Shown here piece after piece: positions 46,896 to 57,438 of a DNA stretch of 64,000 nt (positions are counted from its first letter, which is position 1; the number at the start of each line of letters is the position of its first letter). Position numbers and translations under genes: made by a program. The notes beneath the pieces were generated by a model. That model did not search any database. It saw only the letters and a program-made list of their open reading frames with translations, and was not told the DNA's origin. The stretch covers positions 1,408,001 through 1,472,000 of the forward strand of contig CBDCWC010000002.1 in the NCBI GenBank assembly GCA_965223295.1, read 5' to 3'. The DNA is from Nitrospirales bacterium (GTDB lineage Bacteria > Nitrospirota > Nitrospiria > Nitrospirales > UBA8639).

Positions 46896-47639
46896 ATGAG
46901 TAAAGTGTATGAGGCACTACAACATGCCTATGCTGATCGGCATGAAGTCAGTAAGACTCTTCCAGTCGAACGTCCACGCTCGCAGCCGATTGTCCTTTCT
47001 ACGCTACCTCCAGTCAAATTCGATCGGGAGATGTCTCAGCTTCATCAACGCCTGACAAGCCTTCTTCCTGACCCCCAACACGCCATCATTCAATTTCTTA
47101 GTTGCCAGGGCCAAGAAGGAGTCTCCATTATCGCTCAAGAATTTGCGAGGGTTTGTGTTGAAAAACATGGGAAGTCTATTTTGCTGGTAGATGGGGACTC
47201 TGAGAACATGACCCAACATCATTCTCTCGGCATTACTCCAAAAACATCGTTACAGCAAGTGATGAAAAACGGGGGTGATTTAGACCAGGTCATTACGCCG
47301 GTGGTTCATTCCCGTTTGTTTCTCGCACAATTATCTGAAAACGGCACCCACACTCCACAGCATGATTCGACTATCAGCAAAGGGGATTTGTGGGTCCATA
47401 TACGAAAACAGTTTGACTTGATTATCATTGATACTCCACCGATTGACACATCTGACGAAAGTCTGGAGTTGTGCGCAATGGTTGATGGCGTAGTGATGGT
47501 TGTCGAAGCAGAAAAAACTCGTTCTCACGTAGTATCCAACTTAAAGGAACGGATTGTGCACAATGGCGGAAAGTTGCTTGGGGTCGTGTTTAATAAACAA
47601 CAGCATTACATCCCAAAATGGTTTTATTCAAAACTCTAG
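46896..47639 (+). CDS. CpsD/CapB-like polysaccharide tyrosine-kinase homologue (degenerate Walker A)
   Basis: MSKVYEAL, QEGVS, LLVDGD, IIIDTPP, DGVVMVVEA, GVVFN. Confidence 0.8.
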   Translation: MSKVYEALQHAYADRHEVSKTLPVERPRSQPIVLSTLPPVKFDREMSQLHQRLTSLLPDPQHAIIQFLSCQGQEGVSIIAQEFARVCVEKHGKSILLVDGDSENMTQHHSLGITPKTSLQQVMKNGGDLDQVITPVVHSRLFLAQLSENGTHTPQHDSTISKGDLWVHIRKQFDLIIIDTPPIDTSDESLELCAMVDGVVMVVEAEKTRSHVVSNLKERIVHNGGKLLGVVFNKQQHYIPKWFYSKL

Positions 47640-47868
47640 TTGTTTAATTTCGGGATGAAGCAACCATGTAAAGGCTCCGATGTTATATGTTTTCGTAACA
47701 TAAGGCGATAGATAGATTCTCATAAATAAATAGCTGAAGAAGACTCGAATTGGAGAGCTTTGGCTACAAAGGTACTTAAGAAGCATACGATACCGTCATC
47801 CTAAATCAATGTGATGAAACCATTGAACTCAGCGTAAGGATAAGAGTTAAAGTTGAGGTTAATCGAAG

Positions 47869-49347
47869 ATGCCTTATGAATTGACGCCAATACAGAAGAA
47901 AGAGAGCCAGGGGAACTTCCTGAGTCTTCGAGAAATTCTTACTGTAGTTTTCAAACATAAACGAACAATCATAGTCGTATTTCTTTTGATTACATTTATT
48001 TCACTGATTATCCCATTTTTCATGACCCCTATCTATGAAGCAGACTCAAGTCTCCTTGTGAAAATTGGACGAGAGCACATGCTGATGTCTGAAGTAGGTG
48101 ATGTAACACCACAAATACAAGTTGACATTAAAACTCTCGTTGACCCTGAGGTTGCAATCCTCACCAGTCGAGACCTTATGCAAAGAGTGATCCAAGCCCT
48201 CGGAATCAATGTCATCTATCCTGATCTGGCAAACGATCCCCCAGAATCGATGAGTCCCTTAGAAGCCTCCATCCTGCAGTTTCAAGATGATCTGGAAGTA
48301 GAGCAACAGGGGGATTCAAATGTCATAATAGTCAAATTCCAACATGAAGTCCCACAAATTTCCGCTAAAGCAGTAAATTTTTTGGGAGACTTTTGGAAAG
48401 AACTACATCTAAAGGTCTTCAGCGCCCCCCAAGCCCCTTTCCTTCACGAACAAGCCGAGATGTATCGAACAAGACTCGAGCAATCTGAAACTCGTTTGCA
48501 GCAATTTAAACAAGAACATGGAATTTCATCTTTTTCTGAGCAAAAAAGGCTCATTCTTGAACAGCAACAAGCGTTAGATATTAGTCACAAGACTACTCAG
48601 AATGAAATTCAGGGGCTCACCACAAAAATTGATTCTATTACAAAACAACTGAAGACCATACCAAAAGAAATTCCTCTTTCAACAGTAAATGACGAGCGGC
48701 GCGTAATTGACGACACAAAGAGTGAGTTACTGAGTTTAAAACGGAAAGAACAGGAACTCTCAGCAAGATACCAGGACACAAGCAGAATATTGATTGAGCT
48801 GAGAAAAGAAATTGCTCTTATGCAATCTTTCATTTCCGAACAGGAAGAGGAACTCGGAGATACAGTCACCTTAGGCAGAAACCCAGTCTATCAACAACTC
48901 GAATTGGAGATGCTAAGCGCAAAGTCTCAACATGCAGCACTACATACTCAGGACGAGGTGCTCACTAAGCAGCTCAAGGAGTTAGATAATCAAATCGGGA
49001 ACCTTAGCCAACTTCAGAAGGAATTCGATGCCCTAGAACGTAAGGTCACAAATGATCAAGAGAACCTGACTCGGTATATGGAAAAAGTGGAAGCCGCAAA
49101 GATTTCTCAGAAAATGGATAAGAAACAAATTGCGAATGTGAGCGTGATTCAAGCCGCATCTGTCCCTGTAAAACCGATTAAACCTAAAAAAGGTCTTATT
49201 GCCGGTCTGGGAGTGATTCTTGGGGCATTAGCTAGTATAAGTTTGGCTTTTTTGATGGAAGCCTTGCAATCAAGTTATACAAGACCCGAACAGGTCTCTA
49301 ACGACCTCGATTTACCAGTTCTCGTATCTATTAGTCATAAGGGCTAA
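47869..49347 (+). CDS. GumC/Wzz-type polysaccharide chain-length determinant
   Basis: N-terminal TM, P.YEA...LLV, long coiled coil, A..P.KP.KP, C-terminal TM. Confidence 0.88.
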   Translation: MPYELTPIQKKESQGNFLSLREILTVVFKHKRTIIVVFLLITFISLIIPFFMTPIYEADSSLLVKIGREHMLMSEVGDVTPQIQVDIKTLVDPEVAILTSRDLMQRVIQALGINVIYPDLANDPPESMSPLEASILQFQDDLEVEQQGDSNVIIVKFQHEVPQISAKAVNFLGDFWKELHLKVFSAPQAPFLHEQAEMYRTRLEQSETRLQQFKQEHGISSFSEQKRLILEQQQALDISHKTTQNEIQGLTTKIDSITKQLKTIPKEIPLSTVNDERRVIDDTKSELLSLKRKEQELSARYQDTSRILIELRKEIALMQSFISEQEEELGDTVTLGRNPVYQQLELEMLSAKSQHAALHTQDEVLTKQLKELDNQIGNLSQLQKEFDALERKVTNDQENLTRYMEKVEAAKISQKMDKKQIANVSVIQAASVPVKPIKPKKGLIAGLGVILGALASISLAFLMEALQSSYTRPEQVSNDLDLPVLVSISHKG

Positions 49348-49950
49348 GGAAGTAATTTCTCATCTATTATGAAGATGACGACCCTATATTCGAAACTATC
49401 GGAAGAACTGCTGCACTGCCAAACTTCCCCGAGCTATAGATGCTCAGCGAAAACAGTCTTACCTCTGGGATCAGAGAGTTTTCACGATCAACAGAATCAT
49501 AATTTACTATCTCGCATAGGTCCTATTGAGTGAGCACACAAAGCTTTCAGGGTCCAGAATATGTGTTACTTGTTCAAGCAGTTGAGCATAACTGTGACAG
49601 ACATCAAGTTACTCATCTTTGTCGATTGACTGGCAGAGACTGGCACTGACGGTTTGCGGAAATGATCCAAGCCTGACCTAAGAAAGTTGTCCTCCCCAAT
49701 CTGCTCAATTAATTATTGACCGTGGCCCCAACAATCGGACCAGGGCTTCAAACCTTATCTACATTTCTGATTCGGATCGTATGGAAGAATGTGACCGTGC
49801 TTATCACTTCTTTTTTGGCTTGTGACCGGCTGAGCAATAAGTGGTAGGCAACTATCCAGCTTGAATGAAGATACGCCTGAGTGGCGTGCCCCCTTTAAAC
49901 GGTTCCGAGGCCTATGTTACAGGCTAGGGCATATAAAAAAGGAGGGTATC

Positions 49951-50229
49951 ATGGCACGTGTGAAGTACTCGGTTGAACAAATCATTCACAAACTGCGGGA
50001 AGCGGAGGTCCTGTTGGGGCAAGGGCAGACCGTCAAAGACATTTGTCGGAAGTGGAATATCACCGATCCCACCTACTATCGGTGGCGGCAGGAATATGGT
50101 GGACTGAAACTTGATCAGGCGAAACGACTCAAAGACTTGGAGCGCGAGAATGCCCGCTTGAAGCGAGCCGTGGCAGATCTCACCCTGGATAAATTGATTC
50201 TGAAGGAAGCAGCTGAGGGAAACTTCTAA
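49951..50229 (+). CDS. IS3 transposase OrfA (HTH + leucine zipper)
   Basis: EQII.KLREAE, TYYRWR..YGG, LKDLE.EN.RLK. GGAGG RBS. Confidence 0.92.
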   Translation: MARVKYSVEQIIHKLREAEVLLGQGQTVKDICRKWNITDPTYYRWRQEYGGLKLDQAKRLKDLERENARLKRAVADLTLDKLILKEAAEGNF

Positions 50230-51062
50230 GCCCCACCCGACGCCGCCGAGCCGTTCACACCATTGGGCAACGACTGAGGGTGGCGGAACGGCGGACGTGC
50301 CAGGTGCTGGGGCAACCTCGATCGACACAGCGGTATCAGGCTCAGGTCCGAGGGGACGAAGAAGCGTTAACTAAAACGATTGTGCGGCTGGCTCGAAAGT
50401 ATGGGCGCTATGGCTACCGACGCATCACCGCGTTGGTTCGAGTCGAGGGCTGGCACGTGAATCATAAACGCGTGGAACGGATTTGGCGGCGGGAAGGCTT
50501 AAAAGTGCCGAAGAAGCAACCCAAACGGGGGCGACTCTGGATCAACAAGGACTCCTGTGTGCGGCTCCAGCCTCAACATCCAAATCATGTCTGGGCCTAC
50601 GATTTTGTGGCCACGCGGACCCATGATGGTCGCCCGGTACGCTTGCTGACCATTGTCGATGAATATACCCGAGAATGTTTGGCTATTGAGGTCGCTCGGC
50701 ATCTTCGAGCCGATGATGTGCTACATCGGCTGGCTGAGCTGTTTCTGCAGCACGGTTGTCCGGGATATATTCGTTCGGATAACGGCCCAGAATTTACCGC
50801 GAAGGCTGTTCGACAATGGCTCGCCCAGCTAGGGGTCGGCACCTTGTTTATCGAACCAGGCAGCCCCTGGGAGAATGGCTATAATGAGAGTTTGAATGGC
50901 AAACTGCGGGATGAGCTCTTGAACGGGGAAATCTTCTATACGCTCCGGGAAGCGCAAGTGCTCATCGAATGGTGGCGGCAACACTATAAGCAGGTGCGTC
51001 CCCATAGCGCTTTAGGATACAAACCACCAACCCCTGAGGCATTAATTCCAAAATGCGCTTAA
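50217..51062 (+). CDS. IS3 transposase OrfB (DDE integrase core), expressed by -1 frameshift
   Basis: [45 protein letters not shown]. The -1 frame is open from the slippery site. Confidence 0.92.
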   Translation, partial: GKLLSPTRRRRAVHTIGQRLRVAERRTCQVLGQPRSTQRYQAQVRGDEEALTKTIVRLARKYGRYGYRRITALVRVEGWHVNHKRVERIWRREGLKVPKKQPKRGRLWINKDSCVRLQPQHPNHVWAYDFVATRTHDGRPVRLLTIVDEYTRECLAIEVARHLRADDVLHRLAELFLQHGCPGYIRSDNGPEFTAKAVRQWLAQLGVGTLFIEPGSPWENGYNESLNGKLRDELLNGEIFYTLREAQVLIEWWRQHYKQVRPHSALGYKPPTPEALIPKCA

Positions 51063-51377
51063 AGCTGCATGCACACTGGAACAATCACTGGGGGCACGTC
51101 AATTTCCTCATAGCATTTCAATTGAGTTCCAGATATGAAATATAACTTCTACCAAGAAAGCACATTTTCTTGCAATATCGGCATAGACTGAAATCTCTGT
51201 CTTGCAGGGCGCAAGGTTTGAAAACGGTAATCAGAGCTCTAGTTTAGACATCTTGCCGCCAGGATACTTACAAATCCTATTTCAGATAGCACCTTTGCTC
51301 TTAGAGCTACTCTGCAAGCCGCAAATTCAGGGAAGACTCACTTTTTGCAACACAACTCTTCAGTCGCCCGAGCCTAA

Positions 51378-52676
51378 ATGTTAGCCCTCCTACCCAATTT
51401 TATTGTTTTTGTTGGCTCAGGTTTTCTTTTCTCCGGAATATACATGCCTTCCATGGTCGTAATGAGCTACCTAATTTTTAGGCCATTGATTCAACCATTT
51501 GCCTGGTTGCAGTACAAACTATTTGGTTTACCTATTGCACTTCCATTTTCACTCATCGTAATTGCCCTTGGGATTCTTTTCTCCTTGATCGGAAAACGCT
51601 GGAACCCAATAGTGGGAAAAAGTGAATTTTTTAACCTGTTTATGGTGATCGCTATTCTTTCAATGGGTGTTTCTAACTATTTTCAGGAGTCAATGGCTGG
51701 ACTGATCAAGCTTCTCACTGTGTGGTTTCTGTTTGCTTTCGCCTACAACAGCGTCGACAAGGAAGATGATGCAATTCGTATTATAGACTCACTAATACTT
51801 TCTTCTGTAGTTCCACTTGCATTTGGGTTCTACGAGGCTATTACTGGGAACTACGATATACTACTCGATTCCGAGGTAGATCGAATCGCCAGCGTGTTCG
51901 TGACTGGCAACGACTATGGGATATTCCTGACATTTCTGACTGCAGTTTGCGCAATACGCTCAAGCCGAGTTAATAGTCGTAACGTGCAAAGAGCCGTGCT
52001 GGTGATTCTATTGATGGTTCTTGTTTCTCAAGTACTCTCACTCAACAGAGGTACGTGGCTAGCACTAACCATTGGTTTTATTCTTGCCGCAGCAAAATAT
52101 AATAGATTTTTTAATTTCAAGCCTTTCTTAGCTGGAGCGACAGTGTTTCTAGTTATTTTCTCTGGCACTATTGCCGATAGATTTAATGAATTGTCAGATC
52201 CCTCAAGTGTACATTATGATAAGACAAGTACGTTGGAAGGACGTTTTAACTACTGGCAAGCTATTACTCCACTTATTGTGGAACGGCCGATTTTGGGTTA
52301 TGGGTTAGGAACGGGCAGCCTGGTAACAAAAAAACACCTTGGCACGACCAACAAACCTCACAATGACTACGTGCATATATCTTTGGAGATGGGTATCTTT
52401 GCTGCGCTTGCCTACATTGGATTTCTCATAAGAATTCTTGTCTATTTTTTCACCAGGCCAATTATCCAAGATCTATGGATCTGGAACTTCTCTTTGTTGA
52501 TGCTATCAACATATTTCATAATTATATCCATGACACAAAATATCGTACAGACCACGCTGAACTTCCCCATCTTCATGATACTTGTTGCAGTGGTGCTCAA
52601 ACTTAACCGGAACTTTGAACTTGAGAACAACCCAATCTATACCGGACAGGGAAGGAACAACTCTTCTAAGCACTAA
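51378..52676 (+). CDS. O-antigen ligase/polymerase (Wzy/WaaL-like) membrane protein
   Basis: About 11 TM segments, R..S.F...N, RGTWL, GR...W, P..GYGLG, HNDY. Confidence 0.85.
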   Translation: MLALLPNFIVFVGSGFLFSGIYMPSMVVMSYLIFRPLIQPFAWLQYKLFGLPIALPFSLIVIALGILFSLIGKRWNPIVGKSEFFNLFMVIAILSMGVSNYFQESMAGLIKLLTVWFLFAFAYNSVDKEDDAIRIIDSLILSSVVPLAFGFYEAITGNYDILLDSEVDRIASVFVTGNDYGIFLTFLTAVCAIRSSRVNSRNVQRAVLVILLMVLVSQVLSLNRGTWLALTIGFILAAAKYNRFFNFKPFLAGATVFLVIFSGTIADRFNELSDPSSVHYDKTSTLEGRFNYWQAITPLIVERPILGYGLGTGSLVTKKHLGTTNKPHNDYVHISLEMGIFAALAYIGFLIRILVYFFTRPIIQDLWIWNFSLLMLSTYFIIISMTQNIVQTTLNFPIFMILVAVVLKLNRNFELENNPIYTGQGRNNSSKH

Positions 52677-52699
52677 GTCTTCCATGGACTCATTGCCGT

Positions 52700-54826
52700 A
52701 TGGTCAAGATTAAAGTTACACATTCGTCGAACATTATTTTGTCGAACAAGTATTTTATTTTATCGGTACTTCTTGTCACCTGGATATTCAAGATGGGCAT
52801 AGCCTATGGAGCACAAGAAAAGTATCGTTGGCGCTCTATCCCAATCACCACAGTCGCTCAGGCAAAAGCAGGTATTCTTGGCGGGGAGGGATTTCAACAG
52901 GTCATGAGCATCGAATATGCCCCTTCTGATCCCCGAATCGTCTATATGGGATCAGATACCACACAGGTTTGGAAGTCCACCGATTCCGGCTATCACTGGC
53001 GTCCAGCGAGTGAGGGTATGGATTCGAATGGCGCCCGCTCACTCTTGGTTCATCCCAAAAATGCAGATATCGTCCTGGCGGCCGGATTCCTTGGTCCAGA
53101 GGAACAACGTGCACGACCTGCCAGACGGCGAAAAGAGGGAATTTTCCGGACGGTAGACGGAGGGAAGAGCTGGGCATTCATCCGAAAGACAGAGTTTCAC
53201 AAACAGCGTTCCACCGGATCTCTTTTTGCAGTTGACCCCCGCACCATCAGCAAAAAAGAACTGGCCTTGTTCGCCGGATCATACAGTGAAGGCCTTCTAG
53301 TAAGCCGAGACACGGGTCAAACCTGGGAGAAGACTACATTTGATGCAGGAATCATACAGGACATTGAGACTTATCCTGCAGAACCCGGTGTGCTGATTGT
53401 AGCGAGCTCAAATGGGCTCTACCGCTATGATGATGGCAAAATAGAGAAAATTGGTCGAGGCCTTCCTGATGCTCCGTCAAATATCGCGATATCACCAGCG
53501 GCCCCCGAACGGGTCATCGCTGCTGTCAGCAGCCGTGGGGTCTACGTCTCCAACGATGGAGGTCGAGCCTTTCGTAAGTCTTCAAGAGGCTTATCGCCAC
53601 CGTTTCTCTCCAAGGTGGTCGATGTCTTTGCTAGCCCAATAGATGCCCAACGGCTCTATGCCGGCACTTGGAAAAGCCGGATAAAGGGTCCCTACTACTC
53701 GGGAGATGGAGGCAAGAACTGGAAAATTGTGGAAACTTTGAATGCACACGGGCTGACGAGCGGAAGAGGATTCTGGTTCCCAAGTCCCTTTGCCCCTCAC
53801 CCTCGGAAACCCCTCATCGCCCTGGCCACCTCGAATGGCAGGACACGAGTATTGCGTACTGAAAATGGAGGCAGGACGTGGCACTACAGTGGCAGTGGGT
53901 TCACGGGTGGAGGAGTCCGTGATATGGCATTCGTATCTTCGGAAGAGTGGTACCTTGCGCTGATTGATCACGGTCTGTGGAGGACAACAGACGGTGGAAA
54001 GACTTTCATTCATGTAGATGTCCCAGGGGTACATCCCATTTCTATCGGCGCGGTCGCGGTTTCAGGAAGAACCATCATTCTCTCCATTGGAAGCTGGCGG
54101 AAAAAGCGATTAGCGGTTTCTCATGATCAGGGAAAAACTTGGCAACACTTCGACAATACTCCCAGCCGATTGAAATTCATCCGATTCCACCCTCAGAAAA
54201 CAAACGTGGTCTATGCATCAAGTTATCGAAGCGACGATAACGGTGAGTCGTGGTCTGAATTGAAGTACCAGGTGAAAGCAGTGTTTCGTGGCAACGGCGA
54301 TATCGTGTACGGATTCGATAAGAGTCAGTCAAGGGTGATGGAATCCTCAGACATGGGATTAACTTGGCAACCCCTCACGGTCTGCGGTGGAAAGAAGATC
54401 AGGACCATGGCCGTCAACGAAATTGCAGCCGATCCTCATGTCCGAGGCCGGCTGTACCTGGGGACGAATAGTGGGCCCTATCTCGTGGATGAAGGAAAAT
54501 GCACAAGAGTGGGACCGAAATCTGGATTTGTCCGTGATACCCATGGCTCCCTTGCAATCACATCAATTGCTGTAAACCCTCTCAATACCCATGTTGTATA
54601 TGCAGGAAGATGGGCTCCAGGAAAAGGTACTTCTTCGGGGGTGTTCAGGTCGGATGATTTCGGGCATACTTGGGCGCCATTCAATAGCGGTCTCGGCCAA
54701 AGCTGTACAGTCTGGAGCATAGAATTAGATCCAGAAAAAGGGACGGTTTATATCGGGGCAACACGCGGCTTGCATGTTTTGGAACGTGGTTCAGACAAAT
54801 ATATGCTTAATAAAGATCCCTCTTAA
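52700..54826 (+). CDS. Exported BNR/Asp-box beta-propeller protein (VPS10/GH74-like)
   Basis: More than 10 S/T-x-D-x-G-x-x-W/F repeats. N-terminal signal. Confidence 0.8.
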   Translation: MVKIKVTHSSNIILSNKYFILSVLLVTWIFKMGIAYGAQEKYRWRSIPITTVAQAKAGILGGEGFQQVMSIEYAPSDPRIVYMGSDTTQVWKSTDSGYHWRPASEGMDSNGARSLLVHPKNADIVLAAGFLGPEEQRARPARRRKEGIFRTVDGGKSWAFIRKTEFHKQRSTGSLFAVDPRTISKKELALFAGSYSEGLLVSRDTGQTWEKTTFDAGIIQDIETYPAEPGVLIVASSNGLYRYDDGKIEKIGRGLPDAPSNIAISPAAPERVIAAVSSRGVYVSNDGGRAFRKSSRGLSPPFLSKVVDVFASPIDAQRLYAGTWKSRIKGPYYSGDGGKNWKIVETLNAHGLTSGRGFWFPSPFAPHPRKPLIALATSNGRTRVLRTENGGRTWHYSGSGFTGGGVRDMAFVSSEEWYLALIDHGLWRTTDGGKTFIHVDVPGVHPISIGAVAVSGRTIILSIGSWRKKRLAVSHDQGKTWQHFDNTPSRLKFIRFHPQKTNVVYASSYRSDDNGESWSELKYQVKAVFRGNGDIVYGFDKSQSRVMESSDMGLTWQPLTVCGGKKIRTMAVNEIAADPHVRGRLYLGTNSGPYLVDEGKCTRVGPKSGFVRDTHGSLAITSIAVNPLNTHVVYAGRWAPGKGTSSGVFRSDDFGHTWAPFNSGLGQSCTVWSIELDPEKGTVYIGATRGLHVLERGSDKYMLNKDPS

Positions 54827-55181
54827 AGACACGGCATTCCTTGTTAGTACATCCCCCTCTGGTACAACAATGCTTCATTAGATTCTGGTGCAACCTCCTT
54901 CTATTTGCAACTGAAGGAATTGCACTGTTTTGGTGACCCGTTTGCTTTTAGTCATAGTCGGGATTTTATTAGGGGTTAACTCTGCGCGAGAGATACAGTC
55001 GTATACTCTTGGACTACGACTTAAATAAAAATGGCCAGCTACAATACAATGTAATCCATAAATGTTTTGCAAAACACATTTTCTATCTTGTAGGAATCGC
55101 CTTCATGACATTGGCCAAAACTAAAAACAATCTAAAGAAGTATTCTTCACCAAAACCTCTTGATCTACCTGACTCTGAAAA

Positions 55182-56225
55182 ATGAATACACCCATAAAGT
55201 GCACGGATAGCATAGGGCCTTTATTTGTCGTAGGCAATTCTCGCAGTGGCACCACTCTTATGGCAAGAATGCTGAGGGCTCATACTGATATATATATATT
55301 GAATGAAACTCATTATTTTCAGAATGTACCTGATACGTATTTTGATGATATGTCAGATGAAAAAATTCAGAATTTGCTTAGACAGATAGAGGCTATTCAG
55401 AAATACGGAATATACAGAAAAGATAAAATACTTACATCGCCTTCATTCTTGTGTAATGCATATGGTAAAGGAGAGATTGACTCGAGTGATAAGTACAACT
55501 TGTTCTATGATGTATTACATGTGATAGGGAATTCTCTCGGGAAAAGCATAGTAGGAGATCAGACGCCACAGACTATTTTTTATATTGACGAACTAGTTCA
55601 CGCCTATCCGAATTTAAAGATCATCAACATGGTTCGTGATCCAAGGGCCGCAATTTTTTCCCAACGCGGCAAATGGAAGGCTGCAAAAAAACTCGGCCAA
55701 CCTGTAAAGGAAGTTATCAGGTCGTTCTTTAACTATCATCCGATAACGCTATCGTTTCTCTGGAATCGCGCAATATCAGCTGGTTATGCCTCACAAGAAA
55801 AATATGGAAATGTAAAGATTCATACCATAATTTTTGAAGAGTTAGTGAGCAATCCTGCAATGGCAATGATGCAATTATGTGATTTCATCGGCGTAGAATT
55901 TCAGAGAAAAATGTTAGATGTTGATATAGAAGGGTCATCAAATGTTTCACTCACCGACTTTCAATTAAGAAACGAACGAAATGGAATTCAATCAAGCGTG
56001 AAAGATGAATGGAGAAAAAAATTGTCCGACGGCGAAGTGGCATTAATACAACTCATTACCAGGGAAAATATGGAGAAATATGGCTATCAACGTGTTGCAT
56101 CACAGTTTCCGATTACGATTATCCCTTTATTGATTTATTTCCCGATTCATTTGTTCGCATCTTTTCTGCTGAATTTTCAAAGAATAGGCAACCCAATTTC
56201 CTATCTAGTGAAAAGGTTCAAATAA
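55182..56225 (+). CDS. Sulfotransferase
   Basis: 5'-PSB GNSRSGTT, 3'-PB VRDPRA..S, FEELV..P. Confidence 0.88.
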   Translation: MNTPIKCTDSIGPLFVVGNSRSGTTLMARMLRAHTDIYILNETHYFQNVPDTYFDDMSDEKIQNLLRQIEAIQKYGIYRKDKILTSPSFLCNAYGKGEIDSSDKYNLFYDVLHVIGNSLGKSIVGDQTPQTIFYIDELVHAYPNLKIINMVRDPRAAIFSQRGKWKAAKKLGQPVKEVIRSFFNYHPITLSFLWNRAISAGYASQEKYGNVKIHTIIFEELVSNPAMAMMQLCDFIGVEFQRKMLDVDIEGSSNVSLTDFQLRNERNGIQSSVKDEWRKKLSDGEVALIQLITRENMEKYGYQRVASQFPITIIPLLIYFPIHLFASFLLNFQRIGNPISYLVKRFK

Positions 56226-56499
56226 CATGTCTGCTATTCACGAGTTCTTGTAACAGAATTGATTTTTCAAACAACCGGCAAGTCACTCGCTTCGTCCTAA
56301 ATAATTATAACTGTCAACAGAGAGTACCTTTGTCTTATTCAGCACAACATGTATCAGGGAAAATACCGGATGCCAGCTTTTCAATAATGTCTCTCCACAC
56401 GCAGAAGACGCTACACCCAACGTAGGATATTAAGGGAGACCTTATACACATTGACTACCTTTAAAACCCCACTCAAAGAGCTACGACTGGCGCCCCAAA

Positions 56500-57438
56500 A
56501 TGCCTAAAATAAAGGTGCTATATATTGCAGGGGTGGGAAGAAGCGGAACGACGCTTATCGACCGGTTACTAGGTGAACTTGATGGATTCGTCTCGGTGGG
56601 AGAACTTCGGCATATATGGACACGAAGTTATCAGGATAACCAGTTATGCGGTTGTCAAAATAGATTTCATGAATGTGAAACTTGGAAATCTATATCCGCA
56701 AGAGCCTTTCCTAAAGGCCTTACCGATAACGATTTACACAAAGTCATAGAACTTCAGAAAACCTTAAATCGACTGAGAATGCTTCACCGACTAAATTCAA
56801 GCCCACTCAACCCGCAGCTGGCCAGCTATATCAATAGATTCCTCTTCCCGCTTTATAGGGCAATACATGAAGAGTTTCCTGGCCATGTCATTGTCGACTC
56901 ATCCAAAATACCGAGCTATGTTTATATTTTAAGTAAATGCGGTTTTATTGATCTGAGTGTCATACATGTTGTAAGAGATCCAAGAGCCGTTGCCTTTTCA
57001 TGGTTGAGAAAAAAAACTCGACCTGAAGTCACTGAAAGAGATGAATATATGCCCACAATCAGCCCACTTAGAATTTCAATCATATGGGTATTGTTTAATT
57101 CACTCATAAAACGCCTTGGCAATGTATTGGGTAAAACACACTATCATCGAGTATCATATGAAGACTTTACGCAGGCACCATATAGAAAAATATTAGAGTT
57201 GTCAAAGTTCATGGGAAAAAACAATGGTAGCCAACTTTTTCAGGATTCTCACTCCGTATTACTCGGTCCAAATCATTCGGTTTCTGGCAATCCGATGAGA
57301 TTCAAGACTGGCGTGGTAGCAATTAAGAATGATGAACAATGGAAGAGCGCTATGCACAAATTTGATAAATTTGTCGTGTCTCTGCTAACAACGTCACATC
57401 GAAAACAGTTTGCCCCATCTGATAAAGACAATGTATGA
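56500..57438 (+). CDS. Sulfotransferase
   Basis: GVGRSGTT, CGC...C..W, VDSSK, VRDPRAVAFS, YED, H...GNP.RF. Confidence 0.88.
   Translation: MPKIKVLYIAGVGRSGTTLIDRLLGELDGFVSVGELRHIWTRSYQDNQLCGCQNRFHECETWKSISARAFPKGLTDNDLHKVIELQKTLNRLRMLHRLNSSPLNPQLASYINRFLFPLYRAIHEEFPGHVIVDSSKIPSYVYILSKCGFIDLSVIHVVRDPRAVAFSWLRKKTRPEVTERDEYMPTISPLRISIIWVLFNSLIKRLGNVLGKTHYHRVSYEDFTQAPYRKILELSKFMGKNNGSQLFQDSHSVLLGPNHSVSGNPMRFKTGVVAIKNDEQWKSAMHKFDKFVVSLLTTSHRKQFAPSDKDNV

Larger units (their letters stand above)
49882..51101 (+). mobile_element. IS3-family insertion sequence (1220 bp)
   Basis: TG...CA ends with IRs TGGCGTGCCCCC / GGGGGCACGTCA (11/12). orfA and orfB are joined by the G_GGA_AAC -1 slippery site at 50217-50223. 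Confidence 0.92.
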
